64,000 nt of DNA from Macrostomum hystrix (Eukaryota; Animalia; Platyhelminthes). The position numbers and the translations under genes were made by a program. Location: assembly GCA_950097015.1 (NCBI GenBank), contig CATNEN010000029.1, positions 1,736,001-1,800,000 on the forward strand, in the 5' to 3' direction. Below are positions 22,901-33,886 of this stretch, piece by piece. Each line of letters opens with the position of its first letter. The first letter of the stretch is position 1. The notes beneath the pieces were generated by a model. The model searched no databases, was not told where the DNA came from, and saw only the letters and a list, made by a program, of their open reading frames with translations.

Positions 22901-25900
22901 TGTTCAAAGGACAAAAAAGTTGCGTTCTCTCTTGGCTGAGATTCGAACTCCGGCTGTCTTGCGGCTAAAACGTCATTAGAAGCACTAAAAGAGTTTATTT
23001 CGTTAGTATATTATATATATACTCTCTTTTCATTAGTCTTCACCGAGAGTGCTAAAGCTGAGAAAGGACTACTGAGATAGCGTGTCTACTAGAGAATAGA
23101 AATTGAGAAGAGAGCCGTCAGAATATATTTATATATAGTAGGATGTTGATACAGGATGGATGGCATGAGGAAGGAGGGGAGTAACGAGGACTACTAAGCC
23201 TCGGATTGAAGATGAGAGAGAAGGAAATTCATTTATATCCGATCCCTTAGTTCACTTCTTTTGCCTTCTCTCTCTCTCTCTCTCAGCCCCTGGTCTGTCT
23301 TTGCATATGCACTCCCTGCTACCGCAGCCGCCCAGTGTATGAGTATCGTCATATTCTCCATCAGATCTTCTGCCGCTGCTGCAGATACGCATTCATCCTT
23401 CTCACCAACAGCCAGACTGCTGAGTCCAATCCAGTAGTATCTCCTATTGTCAGATAAAATGCTCTGTTTCGGTAAAATATCTGTTCCGCTGTTGTCACTG
23501 GCACATCAATCGGTGACAGTAGACACTGAGCACACACTCACACAGATATCTTACACAGGCGCACACACAGGTGTAAATTCAAAGCTAGATAAAAGTTTGT
23601 CATTGTCAGACAGTGCACACTTTCACTGTTTTAAGGGGGCTTGCGGGGGTAAATTGCATGACTAGTCCCCAAGCTTTCTCTCTTTCTCAGAGCGGAATCG
23701 AACTCAGGTTCTTTGGTGCGAGAGGCAAACGCGTTAGCAAACAGTAGAAATACGACGCTGTTTTTCCATGGGCTTCACGATAGCTCCCAAACGGAATAAC
23801 CAATTTTCCTGAAAGTCCACCATATAGATCAAAATTTCAAAGCCTTCCGATGTCATCATCGTCGAGATATTCAGCGATTCTTGTCGAAGACCCTGGTGAT
23901 GAGGACAACAAACATTGCTCTGTAGAAACCTGTACGATGAATCCATATTGGTTTAATAATCTGAGTCCATCAGTCGTAGGAACCTTTGTACTCAGCATCC
24001 CAGGCACGAGGGTCCTCTTCATCGCCGTCTGGAGCATCGGCCGCGACCGTCAAGACCCTTATAAAAAGCTGTCTTCGAGATGAAGGGGACCCTGACAACT
24101 GGGATGCTGAACAAAAAGTTCCCAACGACTTATTGGCATAGTTTGTGGTGCCGACATAGTTCCATGATATAATTTTGGGAGCAGAAAAATTATGCCTATG
24201 TTGGTGGTTTTTGCCACCCGACCCCTCTTATCTTACTTAAATTCTTACTTCTATTCAAATTGACAACAAAATATTTCAGATACCTGCGAACCATATCCGT
24301 GATCCTATTCCTAAACAAGCAAGATCTGCTAGCTGAGAAAATCTTAGCCGGCAAATCTAGGCTGGAGACCTACTTTCACGAATTCAAGGATTATAATTTG
24401 CCGTCGGAAGGCGGTGAGTCTATGATTTGTTATAATTTTATTTCTTTTATTTAATAAGTGATACTAATACCTATCGATTAGTGCACTTAAAACAGTTGTT
24501 ATATGCCTAAGGGTAGCAAATTTCTAATAAGTTGACTCTCGTTTATTGGCGCAGGCTATGGTCGTTCGTCTCTATGCGACTTGACCAGTTAGGAAGTTAA
24601 TTAGCAGTAGCCAACCTACTCACTGAGCCAATCCTATGTCATATTATTTGTCTCAACTAAAGCTATACATTAGTATTGTTTTGCGCTGGTCCGACCTTGC
24701 ACTCCAATGGGCGGCAGTCATATGAAGCATGAATAATTTAGTCTCTCTCCATGCTTCCATGTCCACCTATCTATTCTCTCTACTTTTTTAAAAAGGCATT
24801 GTATATAAAAAAAACTGCCTAGTTGCAGAAGACAGTCTAGTGTGGCTCAAGACTTTATTGTTACTATGCATTTTTATGTGATTTCTTTGAACACGCACAG
24901 TTTAAGAATGCTAAAAAATGCCCAACCTGCACCTGTGTCTAATGAGCAATGACTTATTAGCTCCCTGTCCTGGTCTATTTTCACTGGTCATTGCCCCCTG
25001 TCCTGGTCTATTTTCACTGGTCATTAGCCCCCTGTCCTGGTCTATTTTCACTAGTCATTAGCCCCCTGCCCTGGTCTATGTTGACTGGTCATAATCTCCC
25101 TGTCCTGGTCTATGTCGACTGGTTATTAGCTCCCTGTCCTGGTCTATGTTGACTGGTCATTAGCTCCCTGTCCTGGTCTATGTTGACTGGTCATTAGCTC
25201 CCTGTCCTGGTCTATGTTGACTGGTTATTAGCTCCCTGTCCTGGTCTATGTTGACTGGTTATTAGCTCCCTGTCCTGGTCTATGTTGACTGGTCATTAGC
25301 TCCCTGTCCTGGTCTATGTTGACTGGTTATTAGCTCCCTGTCCTGGTCTATGTTGACTGGTCATTAGCTCCCTGTCCTGGTCTATGTTGACTGGTTATTA
25401 GCTCCCTGTCCTGGTCTATGTTGACTGGTCATTAGCTCCCTGTCCTGGTCTATGTTGACTGGTCATTAGCTCCCTGTCCTGGTCTATGTTGACTGGTCAT
25501 TAGCTCCCTGTCCTGGTCTATGTTGACTAGGCAACTATCGATGGTTTGATGGACCAGGGTATTGGAGGCAACTATCAATGGTTTGATGGACCAGGGGATT
25601 GGAGGCAACTATCAATGGTTTGATGGACCAGGGGATTGGAGGCAACTATCAATGGTTTGATGGACCAGGGTATTGGAGGCAACTATCGATGGTTTGATGG
25701 ACCAGGGTATTGGAGGCAACTATCGATGGTTTGATGGACCAGGGTATTGGAGGCAACTATCGATGGTTTGATGGACCAGGGTATTGGAGGCAACTATGGA
25801 TGGTGATTGTGATGTCCTGATCTATGTTGACCGGTCATTAGCTCTCTGAACCTACCGTGGTTTTACAGTAAGCGAATTAACAATGACTCAAAAAAGAGTT

Positions 25901-27350
25901 ATCGGACCTAAATTTCAGTGAGCAATCCCGATTCAGAAGACTTAGAGGTACTGCGAGCGAAGTACTTTATCAGGGATCAGTTTTTGGTAAGTTTTAGATT
26001 TTTTTATATTTTTCTTACTTGCATATCCTGTCATTTGAAGCTTCTTTTGAAAAAATTAATCCTTTTTGCTTTTTCTGTTAGTAGTGTCATCTCAAAAAAT
26101 CGCAATAGTTTTTTGCATCTTTTGAAAAATTTTGGGGTAGAGACCTTGAGAAAACTGCCACCTGAGGGGTAGAGACCTTGAGAAAACTGCCACCTGAGGG
26201 GTAGAGACCTTGAGAAAACTGCCACCTGAGGGGTAGAGACCTTGAGAAAACTGCCACGTGAGGGGTAGAGACCTTGAGAAAACTGCCACCTGAGGGGTAG
26301 AGACCTTGAGAAAAGTGCCACCTGAGGGGTAGAGACCTTGAGAAAACTGCCACCTGAGAGGTAGAGACCTTGAGAAAACTGCCACCTGAGGGGTAGAGAC
26401 CTTGAGAAAACTGCCACGTGAGGGGTAGAGACCTTGAGAAAACTGCCACCTGAGGGGTAGAGACCTTGAGAAAACTGCCACCTGAGAGGTAGAGACCTTG
26501 AGAAAACTGCCACCTGAGGGGTAGAGACCTTGAGAAAACTGCCACCTGAGGGGTAGAGACCTTGAGAAAACTGCCACCTGAGGGGTAGAGACCTTGAAAA
26601 AAGTGCCACCTGAGGGGTAGAGACCTTGAGAAAACTGCCACCTGAGGGGTAGAGACCTTGAGAAAACTGCCACGTGAGGGGTAGAGACCTTGAGAAAACT
26701 GCCACCTGAGGGGTAGAGACCTTGAGAAAAGTGCCACCTGAGGGGTAGAGACCTTGAGAAAACTGCCACCTGAGGGGTAGAGACCTTGAGAAAACTGCCA
26801 CCTGAGAGGTAGAGACCTTGAGAAAACTGCCACCTGAGGGGTAGAGACCTTGAAAAAAGTGCCACCTGAGGGGTAGAGACCTTGAGAAAACTGCCACCTG
26901 AGGGGTAGAGACCTTGAGAAAACTGCCACCTGAGAGGTAGAGACCTTGAGAAAACTGCCACCTGAGGGGTAGAGACCTTGAGAAAACTGCCACGTGAGGG
27001 GTAGAGACCTTGAGAAAACTGCCACCTGAGGGGTAGAGACCTTGAGAAAACTGCCACCTGAGAGGTAGAGACCTTGAGAAAACTGCCACCTGAGGGGTAG
27101 AGACCTTGAGAAAACTGCCACCTGAGGGGTAGAGACCTTGAGAAAACTGCCACCTGAGGGGTATACGTTTGCTAATTCATAACTGCAGAAAATCAGCACG
27201 GTCAGTCCAGCCAATCAGCGCAACGCCAGCCAGCACTATTGTTATCCGCACTTCACCTGCGCTGTGGACACCGAGAATATTCGCCGAGTGTTTAAAGACT
27301 GTCGCGACATCATCCAACGGATGCACCTGCGGCAGTACGAGCTGCTTTAA
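13972..27350 (+). CDS. GNAS: G protein alpha-s subunit, 379 aa; exons 13972-14092, 15981-16053, 16223-16495, 20878-21186, 24280-24413, 25919-25986, 27189-27350
   Basis: MGC N-terminus, [39 protein letters not shown] and C-terminal [11 protein letters not shown]; all introns GT-AG with consistent phases. Confidence 0.97.
14526..14775 (+). mobile_element. Non-autonomous Helitron-like fragment
   Basis: A|TCTATATATATATAAAA start, a GTCTGTGTGTG microsatellite and a GAAACCGCTCAACCAAATCGCACCAAACTTTG block resemble invertebrate Helitron-N elements; the 3' hairpin/CTAG end is unclear. Confidence 0.45.
16583..17191. repeat. 31-bp minisatellite, GNAS intron 3
   Basis: ATAACTAATGACCGAACAATATGACCCAGGY, ~19 copies. 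Confidence 0.95.
18647..18955 (+). mobile_element. tRNA-derived SINE, family 1 (best-preserved copy)
   Basis: A box TGGCAGAGCGG, B box GAGTTCGATTCC, then a body shared with the copies at 8935, 23490 and 54055. Confidence 0.8.
18965..19035 (-). mobile_element. Isolated tRNA-like SINE head
   Basis: The minus strand reads TGCCCAGTGATTAGA...GGTCGGGAGTTCGAATCTC (A/B-box-like). Confidence 0.5.
19355..19525 (+). mobile_element. tRNA-derived SINE, family 2, with a CORE/Nin-like central domain
   Basis: B box GGTTCGATTCCC, then GTCCTTTAGCAATACACTT...GCTTCAGTTCACCCAGCTGTTAAATGTGTACCAGC; the 3' part recurs inverted at ~61380. Confidence 0.6.
20103..20830. repeat. 20-bp minisatellite, GNAS intron 3
   Basis: GGATTGGGATTTGACTGTTC / CAATTAGGATTTGATTGTTT variants, ~36 copies. 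Confidence 0.95.
21235..21757. repeat. 23-bp minisatellite, GNAS intron 4
   Basis: CAGATTAAATATAAGGATAATGA, ~22 copies. Confidence 0.95.
23490..23745 (-). mobile_element. Degenerate SINE family 1 copy
   Basis: GTAAATTGCATGAC..CCCCAAGC and CGGAATCGAACTCAGG..GGTGCGAGAGGCAAAC blocks are shared with 8935-9297. Confidence 0.6.
24955..25528. repeat. 34-bp minisatellite, GNAS intron 5
   Basis: CATTAGCTCCCTGTCCTGGTCTATGTTGACTGGT, ~17 copies; resumes briefly at 25815-25845. Confidence 0.95.
25530..25803. repeat. 37-bp minisatellite nested within the 34-bp array
   Basis: GGCAACTATCGATGGTTTGATGGACCAGGGTATTGGA, ~7 copies; same family as 27676-29995. Confidence 0.95.
26135..27162. repeat. 32-bp highly homogeneous minisatellite filling GNAS intron 6
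   Basis: GGGGTAGAGACCTTGAGAAAACTGCCACCTGA, ~32 copies. Confidence 0.97.
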
Positions 27351-27624
27351 TCCTGCTCCATTTGCCTATGCCCCCCTACTTCCAAGATCCACCAACAGAG
27401 AGGATTGCTGATCGGATAACCTGGATGCAGGCTGCAGAACTATATGCATCGCTCAAGGCTGCGTCTATTTGCTATGCTATCATCACGCACTAACTGCTGC
27501 TATTTGGTCAGTTTTTTCCTATTCAGTCACTGTTTTGATAGGCCTTTTTTCATTGTTTCTCAGAATCTCGACGTTTTTTGTATCGCACTTACGGCTAGTC
27601 TAATTTTTTTAATCTCAATTTTCT

Positions 27625-27630
27625 AATAAA
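27625..27630 (+). terminator. Likely GNAS polyadenylation signal
   Basis: AATAAA ~275 nt after the stop, just before the 37-bp array. Confidence 0.55.
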
Positions 27631-27675
27631 AAAGCAATCAAATTAATTATCATGCCCTTAAGGACCAGTAAATGG

Positions 27676-29995
27676 GCAAACTATCGATGTTGAAGGACCA
27701 GGGGATTGGAGGCAACTATCAATGGTGAAGGACAGGGAATTTAAGGGCAACTATCGATGGTGAAGGACCAGGGGATTGGAGGCAACTATCAATGGTGAAG
27801 GACAGGGAATTTAAGGGCAACTATCGATGGTGAAGGACCAGGGGATTGGAGGCAACAATCGATGATTTGATGGACCAGGGGATTGGAGGCAACTATCGAT
27901 GATTTGATGGACCAGGGGATTGGAGGCAACTATCGATGATTTGATGGACCAGGGGATTGGTGGCAACTATCGATGGTTTGATGGACCAGGGGATTGGAGC
28001 CAACAAACGATGGTGAAGGACCAGGGGATTGGAGGCAACTATGGATGGTTTGATGGACCAGGGGATTGGAGGCAACTATGGATGGTTTGATGGACCAGGG
28101 GATTGGAGGCAACTATGGATGGTTTGATGGACCAGGGGATTGGAGGCAACTATGGATGGTTTGATGGACCAGGGGATTGGAGGCAACTATGGATGGTTTG
28201 ATGGACCAGGGGATTGGAGGCAACAATCGATGGTGAAGGACCAGGGGATTGGAGGCAACTATGGATGGTTTGATGGACCAGGGGATTGGAGGCAACTATG
28301 GATGGTTTGATGGACCAGGGGATTGGAGGCAACTATGGATGGTTTGATGGACCAGGGGATTGGAGGCAACTATGGATGGTTTGATGGACCAGGGGATTGG
28401 AGGCAACAATCGATGGTGAAGGACCAGGGGATTGGAGGCAACTATGGATGGTTTGATGGACCAGGGGATTGGAGGCAACTATGGATGGTTTGATGGACCA
28501 GGGGATTGGAGGCAACTATGGATGGTTTGATGGACCAGGGGATTGGAGGCAACTATGGATGGTTTGATGGACCAGGGGATTGGAGGCAACTATGGATGGT
28601 TTGATGGACCAGGGGATTGGAGCCAACAATCGATGGTGAAGGACCAGGGGATTGGAGGCAACTATGGATGGTTTGATGGACCAGGGGATTGGAGGCAACT
28701 ATGGATGGTTTGATGGACCAGGGGATTGGAGGCAACTATGGATGGTTTGATGGACCAGGGGATTGGAGGCAACTATGGATGGTTTGATGGACCAGGGGAT
28801 TGGAGGCAACTATGGATGGTTTGATGGACCAGGGGATTGGAGCCAACAATCGATGGTGAAGGACCAGGGGATTGGAGGCAACTATGGATGGTTTGATGGA
28901 CCAGGGGATTGGAGGCAACTATGGATGGTTTGATGGACCAGGGGATTGGAGGCAACTATGGATGGTTTGATGGACCAGGGGATTGGAGCCAACAATCGAT
29001 GGTGAAGGACCAGGGGATTGGAGGCAACTATGGATGGTTTGATGGACCAGGGGATTGGAGGCAACTATGGATGGTTTGATGGACCAGGGGATTGGAGGCA
29101 ACTATGGATGGTTTGATGGACCAGGGGATTGGAGGCAACTATGGATGGTTTGATGGACCAGGGGATTGGAGGCAACTATGGATGGTTTGATGGACCAGGG
29201 GATTGGAGGCAACAATCGATGGTGAAGGACCAGGGGATTGGAGGCAACTATGGATGGTTTGATGGACCAGGGGATTGGAGGCAACTATGGATGGTTTGAT
29301 GGACCAGGGGATTGGAGGCAACTATGGATGGTGAAGGACCAGGGGATTGGAGGCAACTATGGATGGTGATGGACCAGGGATTGGGGGCAACTATGGATGA
29401 TTTGATGGACCAGGGGATTGGAGGCAACTATGGATGGTGAAGGACCAGGGGATTGGGGGCAACTATCGATGATTTGATGGACCAGGGGATTGGAGGCAAC
29501 TATGGATGGTGAAGGACCAGGGGATTGGAGGCAACTATGGATGATTTGATGGACCAGGGGATTGGAGGCAACTATGGATGATTTGATGGACCAGGGGATT
29601 GGAGGCAACTATCGATGATTTGATGGACCAGGGGATTGGAGGCAACTATGGATGGTGATGGACCAGGGATTGGGGGCAACTAAGGATGGTGATGGACCAG
29701 GGATTGGGGGCAACTATGGATGGTGATGGACCAGGGATTGGGGGCAACTATGGATGGTGATGGACCAGGGATTGGGGGCAACTATGGATGGTGATGGACC
29801 AGGGGATTGGAGGCAACTATGGATGGTGATAGACCAGGGATTGGGGGCAACTATGGATGGTGATGGACCAGGGATTGGGGGCAACTATGGATGGTGATGG
29901 ACCAGGGATTGGGGGCAACTATGGATGGTGATGGACCAGGGATTGGGGGCAACTATGGATGGTGATGGACTAGGGATTGGGGGCAACTATCGATG
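27676..29995. repeat. 37-bp minisatellite with higher-order structure
   Basis: GGCAACTATGGATGGTTTGATGGACCAGGGGATTGGA, ~62 copies, with a periodic 35-bp variant. Confidence 0.97.
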
Positions 29996-30596
29996 GCCTA
30001 AGAGACCAGAAAAATGAATCGTGACTCACAGTTGTAATATGTCTAAAGCCTATACATTTTAACATGCCCATTGACTCTATCTTAACTGCTTGTGTGTGTT
30101 TCTCTAGTCAATAATTTATGCAGCAAATAGGCCCTATTTTGTTTAATGACTTTTCTGTTAAATAATCATTTTTATAGTCTGTTTTAAGAAGAGCACTGTG
30201 TTTTGTGCTTTTTTATGAACTGTTGATCTGTTATTATTTTATATTTAATTTTTTTTATTCTGTGTTTGTCTTGTTTTTATAATGACATTGTTTTCTGCCT
30301 AATCTGACGGGTTTAAGCATTGTTTAAATTAAAGATAGTCAATAAATCAGTAGTGAAATATAGTGCAATATTTAATCAGTAATTGGCCTCTATTATTTTA
30401 TTTTGTGAGATTTTTTTAACTCACTTTTTTTACACTGATCATGCCTCATAACTTTTTGTTGGATAGATTGTGCATAATTTTAGTTAATTGTTTTGATACA
30501 ATTTTGCTTGTAATAACTGTTAGTAAAACTTTTACAGTTAACTCTCTGTTTCACTATCTTCATTTAGTGGTCTGGCCTGCTCTGCTGATTGTTAGA

Positions 30597-31822
30597 GAGA
30601 GGTAGAGCGAGAGAAGGGAGGTTGAGACTGAGAGGTTGTGAGAGAAGGGAGGTTGAGACTGAGAGGTTGTGAGAGAAGGGAGGTTGAGACTGAGAGGTTG
30701 TGAGAGAAGGGAGGTTGAGACTGAGAGGTTGTGAGAGAAGGGAGGTTGAGACTGAGAGGTTGTGAGAGAAGTAAGGTCGAGACTGAGAGGTTGTGAGAGA
30801 AGTAAGGTCGAGACTGAGAGGTTGTGAGAGAAGGGAGGTCGAGACTGAGAGGTTGTGAGAGAAGGGAGGTCGAGACTGAGAGGTTGTGAGAGAAGGGAGG
30901 TTGAGACTGAGAGGTTGTGAGAGAAGGGAGGTTGAGACTGAGAGGTTGTGAGAGAAGGGAGTTCCAGGTAAAAATTCGAGATTAAGAGGTTAAGAGAGAG
31001 AGTTAGAGAGAGAAGGAAGGTCGAGACTGAGAGGTTGTGAGAGAAGGAAGGTCGAGACTGAGAGGTTGTGAGAGAAGGGAGGTTGAGACTGAGAGGTTGT
31101 GAGAGAAGGGAGGTTGAGACTGAGAGGTTGTGAGAGAAGGAAGTTCGAGATTAAGAGGTTAAGAGAGAGAGAGTTAGAGAGAGAAGGAAGGTCGAGACTG
31201 AGAGGTTGTGAGAGAAGGGAGGTTGAGACTGAGAGGTTGTGAGAGAAGGGAGGTTGAGACTGAGAGGTAGAGCGAGAGAAGGAAGGTCGAGACTGAGAGG
31301 TTGTGAGAGAAGGGAGGTTGAGACTGAGAGGTTGTGAGAGAAGGGAGGTTGAGACTGAGAGGTTGTGAGAGAAGGGAGTTCCAGGTAAAAATTCGAGATT
31401 AAGAGGTTAAGAGAGAGAGTTAGAGAGAGAAGGAAGGTCGAGACTGAGAGGTTGTGAGAGAAGGAAGGTCGAGACTGAGAGGTTGTGAGAGAAGGAAGGT
31501 CGAGACTGAGAGGTTGTGAGAGAAGGGACGTTGAGACTGAGAGGTTGTGAGAGAAGGGAGGTTGAGACTGAGAGGTTGTGAGAGAAGGAGGTCGAGACTG
31601 AGAGGTTAAGAGAGAGAGAGTTAGAGAGAGAAGGAAGGTCGAGACTGAGAGGTTGTGAGAGAAGGAAGGTTGAGACTGAGAGGTTGTGAGAGAAGGAGGT
31701 CGAGACTGAGAGGTTGTGAGAGAAGGGAGGTTGAGACTGAGAGGTTGTGAGAGAAGGAGGTCGAGACTGAGAGGTTAAGAGAGAGAGAGTTAGAGAGAGA
31801 AGGAAGGTCAAGACTGAGAGGT
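30597..31822. repeat. 31-bp purine-rich minisatellite
   Basis: GTTGAGACTGAGAGGTTGTGAGAGAAGGGAG; the interrupting block GTTCCAGGTAAAAATTCGAG occurs twice (~30960 and ~31378). Confidence 0.95.
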
Positions 31823-32637
31823 AGAGGTAGAAGGTAGTGTGAGAGTGAGGGTGAGAGATAAGCTACCTGACTTATGAACTCGTAATAGAGTGAGGGAGAC
31901 TATAGATTTATTGGGATCATCCGTTTTCTATAAGCCTCTACCCCCCCCTCTTCTCCGGCAGGGAATCGAACTCGTGTCCTTTAGCACACAAAAACTGATA
32001 GAAAACGAGAGTAGCTATTTTCAAGCAGTTTCAACGTTCTCCTGACTGTTGTTAAACGTTATATATAATCATGTATTTTAGTTAAATAGAGTATTATAAA
32101 CAAATATAAAGTCTAGAAAGTAGCAGTTTTAGTTTAAGAGCGCTAGTTTTTTGTAGCGTGATTTGACTGTTAATTGGCATTGCTATGGACCTATGAATCT
32201 CGTTCGCCAGCTTACGGGTTTATTTGAACCCACTATGTTCAGTGTGCAAAACTTTCCATCTAGCTTCTACATGGAAATTAACGTATAAATTAATCGTGGA
32301 TAGCGATAATGAGAATACAAATTGATTTGCGGAGGTCACAAAAGTTATTGTTTTTCTCACTTATGCCTCTGTCCCTATTTCTCGCTAGTGTTTGTGCACA
32401 CTGCACGGCGAAACGGATGTTTCTGCACAGATCAATGATTCGACGCTATTCAAATACAAAGGATACTCAAAATTTGCTTTCTTCTCTTGCAGATGCTTCA
32501 TTCTTATTGGCCTCTTTTACCTAACCCAGATTTTTGGCTTCTTCAAATTGTATAGTCTACGAAACAGGAATAGTGTATGAAGACAGACGGATCTTAAAGA
32601 TTGACTTTATTTATTGGGGAATCCAATCTGTGTAGAG

Positions 32638-33408
32638 CAGGGGTAGGCAAACTTATTTGCTGGCGGGCCAAAGAGAGAACCTAAAAGACGACAGCGGGCC
32701 GCATTGACTGTATAAATATGAGATAGGGGAGAGATTAGACACGGGAGAAATTAGACTCGGGAGCGATGAGACACGGGAGCGATGAGACACGGGAGAGATT
32801 AGACACGGGAGAAATTAGACACGGGAGCGATGAGACACGGGAGCGATGAGACACGGGAGCGATGAGACACGGGAGAGATTAGACACGGGAGAAATTAGAC
32901 ACGGGAGCGATGAGACACGGGAGCGATGAGACACGGGAGAGATTAGACACGGGAGAAATTAGACACGGGAGAAATTGGACACGGGAGCGATGAGACACGG
33001 GAGAGATTAGGCACGGGAGAGATGAGACACGGGAGAGATGAGACACGGGAGAGATGAGACACGGGAGAGATGAGACACGGGAGAGATGAGACACGGGAGA
33101 GATTAGGCACGGGAGAGATGAGACACGGGAGAGATAAGACACGGGAGAGATGAGACACGGGAGAGATTAGAGACGGGAGAGATTAGATACGAGAGCGATG
33201 AGACACGGGAGAGATAAGACAGGGAAGAGATAAGACAGGGAAATTATTAGACATGGGAGAGCTGAGACACGGGAGAAATTAGACACGGGAGAGATTAGAC
33301 ACGGGAGAGATGAAACAGGACACTGTAGATGTCAGAAAGGTCAACGGGCCGGATTTGAGAGCTTCGAGGGCCGCATCTGGCCCGCGGGCCGGAGTTTGCC
33401 GACCCCTG
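32638..33408 (+). mobile_element. hAT (Charlie/SPIN-like) MITE with an internal 16-bp minisatellite
   Basis: TIRs CAGGGGTAGGCAAACT / AGTTTGCCGACCCCTG (15/16); 8-bp TSD GTGTAGAG / ATGTAGAG; subterminal GGCCCGCGGGCC; AGACACGGGAGAGATG array at 32718-33320. Confidence 0.92.
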
Positions 33409-33416
33409 ATGTAGAG

Positions 33417-33740
33417 TATGGGATTGGGGAATCCCTATTTGTTGATTATATTGTTAGCGAATCCCAATGAGTACAGTATATGATTGGGGAATCCCCATAT
33501 GTACAGTAAATGATTGGGGAATCCCTATTTGTGTACAGTGTAGGATTAGTGAATCCCCTGTGTGCAGCATGTTATTAGGAAATCCCCTATGTGTACAGAA
33601 TATTATCAGGGAATCCCCTACGTGCACAGCATATTATTAGGGAATACCTATGTGTACAGTATTTTGGGGGATTTCCTAAGTATACAGTCCAATTGAGAAG
33701 TCCCTTATGTGTACAGCCCTTTTTTGGGAATCCCTAATGG
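33417..33740. repeat. Degenerate ~38-bp tandem repeat
   Basis: Recurring GGGAATCCC...TGTACAGT; a related unit lies immediately left of the MITE. Confidence 0.7.
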
Positions 33741-33886
33741 GTAATGCCCCCTGTAAACAATAGATGCACTGTTGTACACAATGCAGCTCCATTACCTGAT
33801 TTCAGCAGCCCGCGCTACACTCAGGTTGCCTCACCGACTCAAGCTGAACAATAGCGCCAGCTGCTATTATTAGCCCAGCCAGCGCA

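Noticed and set aside
23734-24180. YLDD-containing ORF fragment suggesting a reverse transcriptase
   Set aside because: The other RT motifs are not colinear and all frames are broken; at most an unidentifiable relic.
26031-27214. Long repetitive ORFs here and at 34934-35973, 41036-41632, 47219-48700 and 55572-57939
   Set aside because: They are stop-free translations of minisatellites, open in several frames or strands at once, and several lie within defined introns.
13972-27350. Possible unusual G-alpha-s variant
   Set aside because: The G1-G5 motifs, catalytic Arg and Gln, Cys3 and the QYELL tail are all canonical; there is only a small loop insertion in exon 7.
27676-29995. CRISPR-like periodicity (30-37 bp units)
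   Set aside because: Units are head-to-tail with no unique spacers; the context is eukaryotic with no cas genes.
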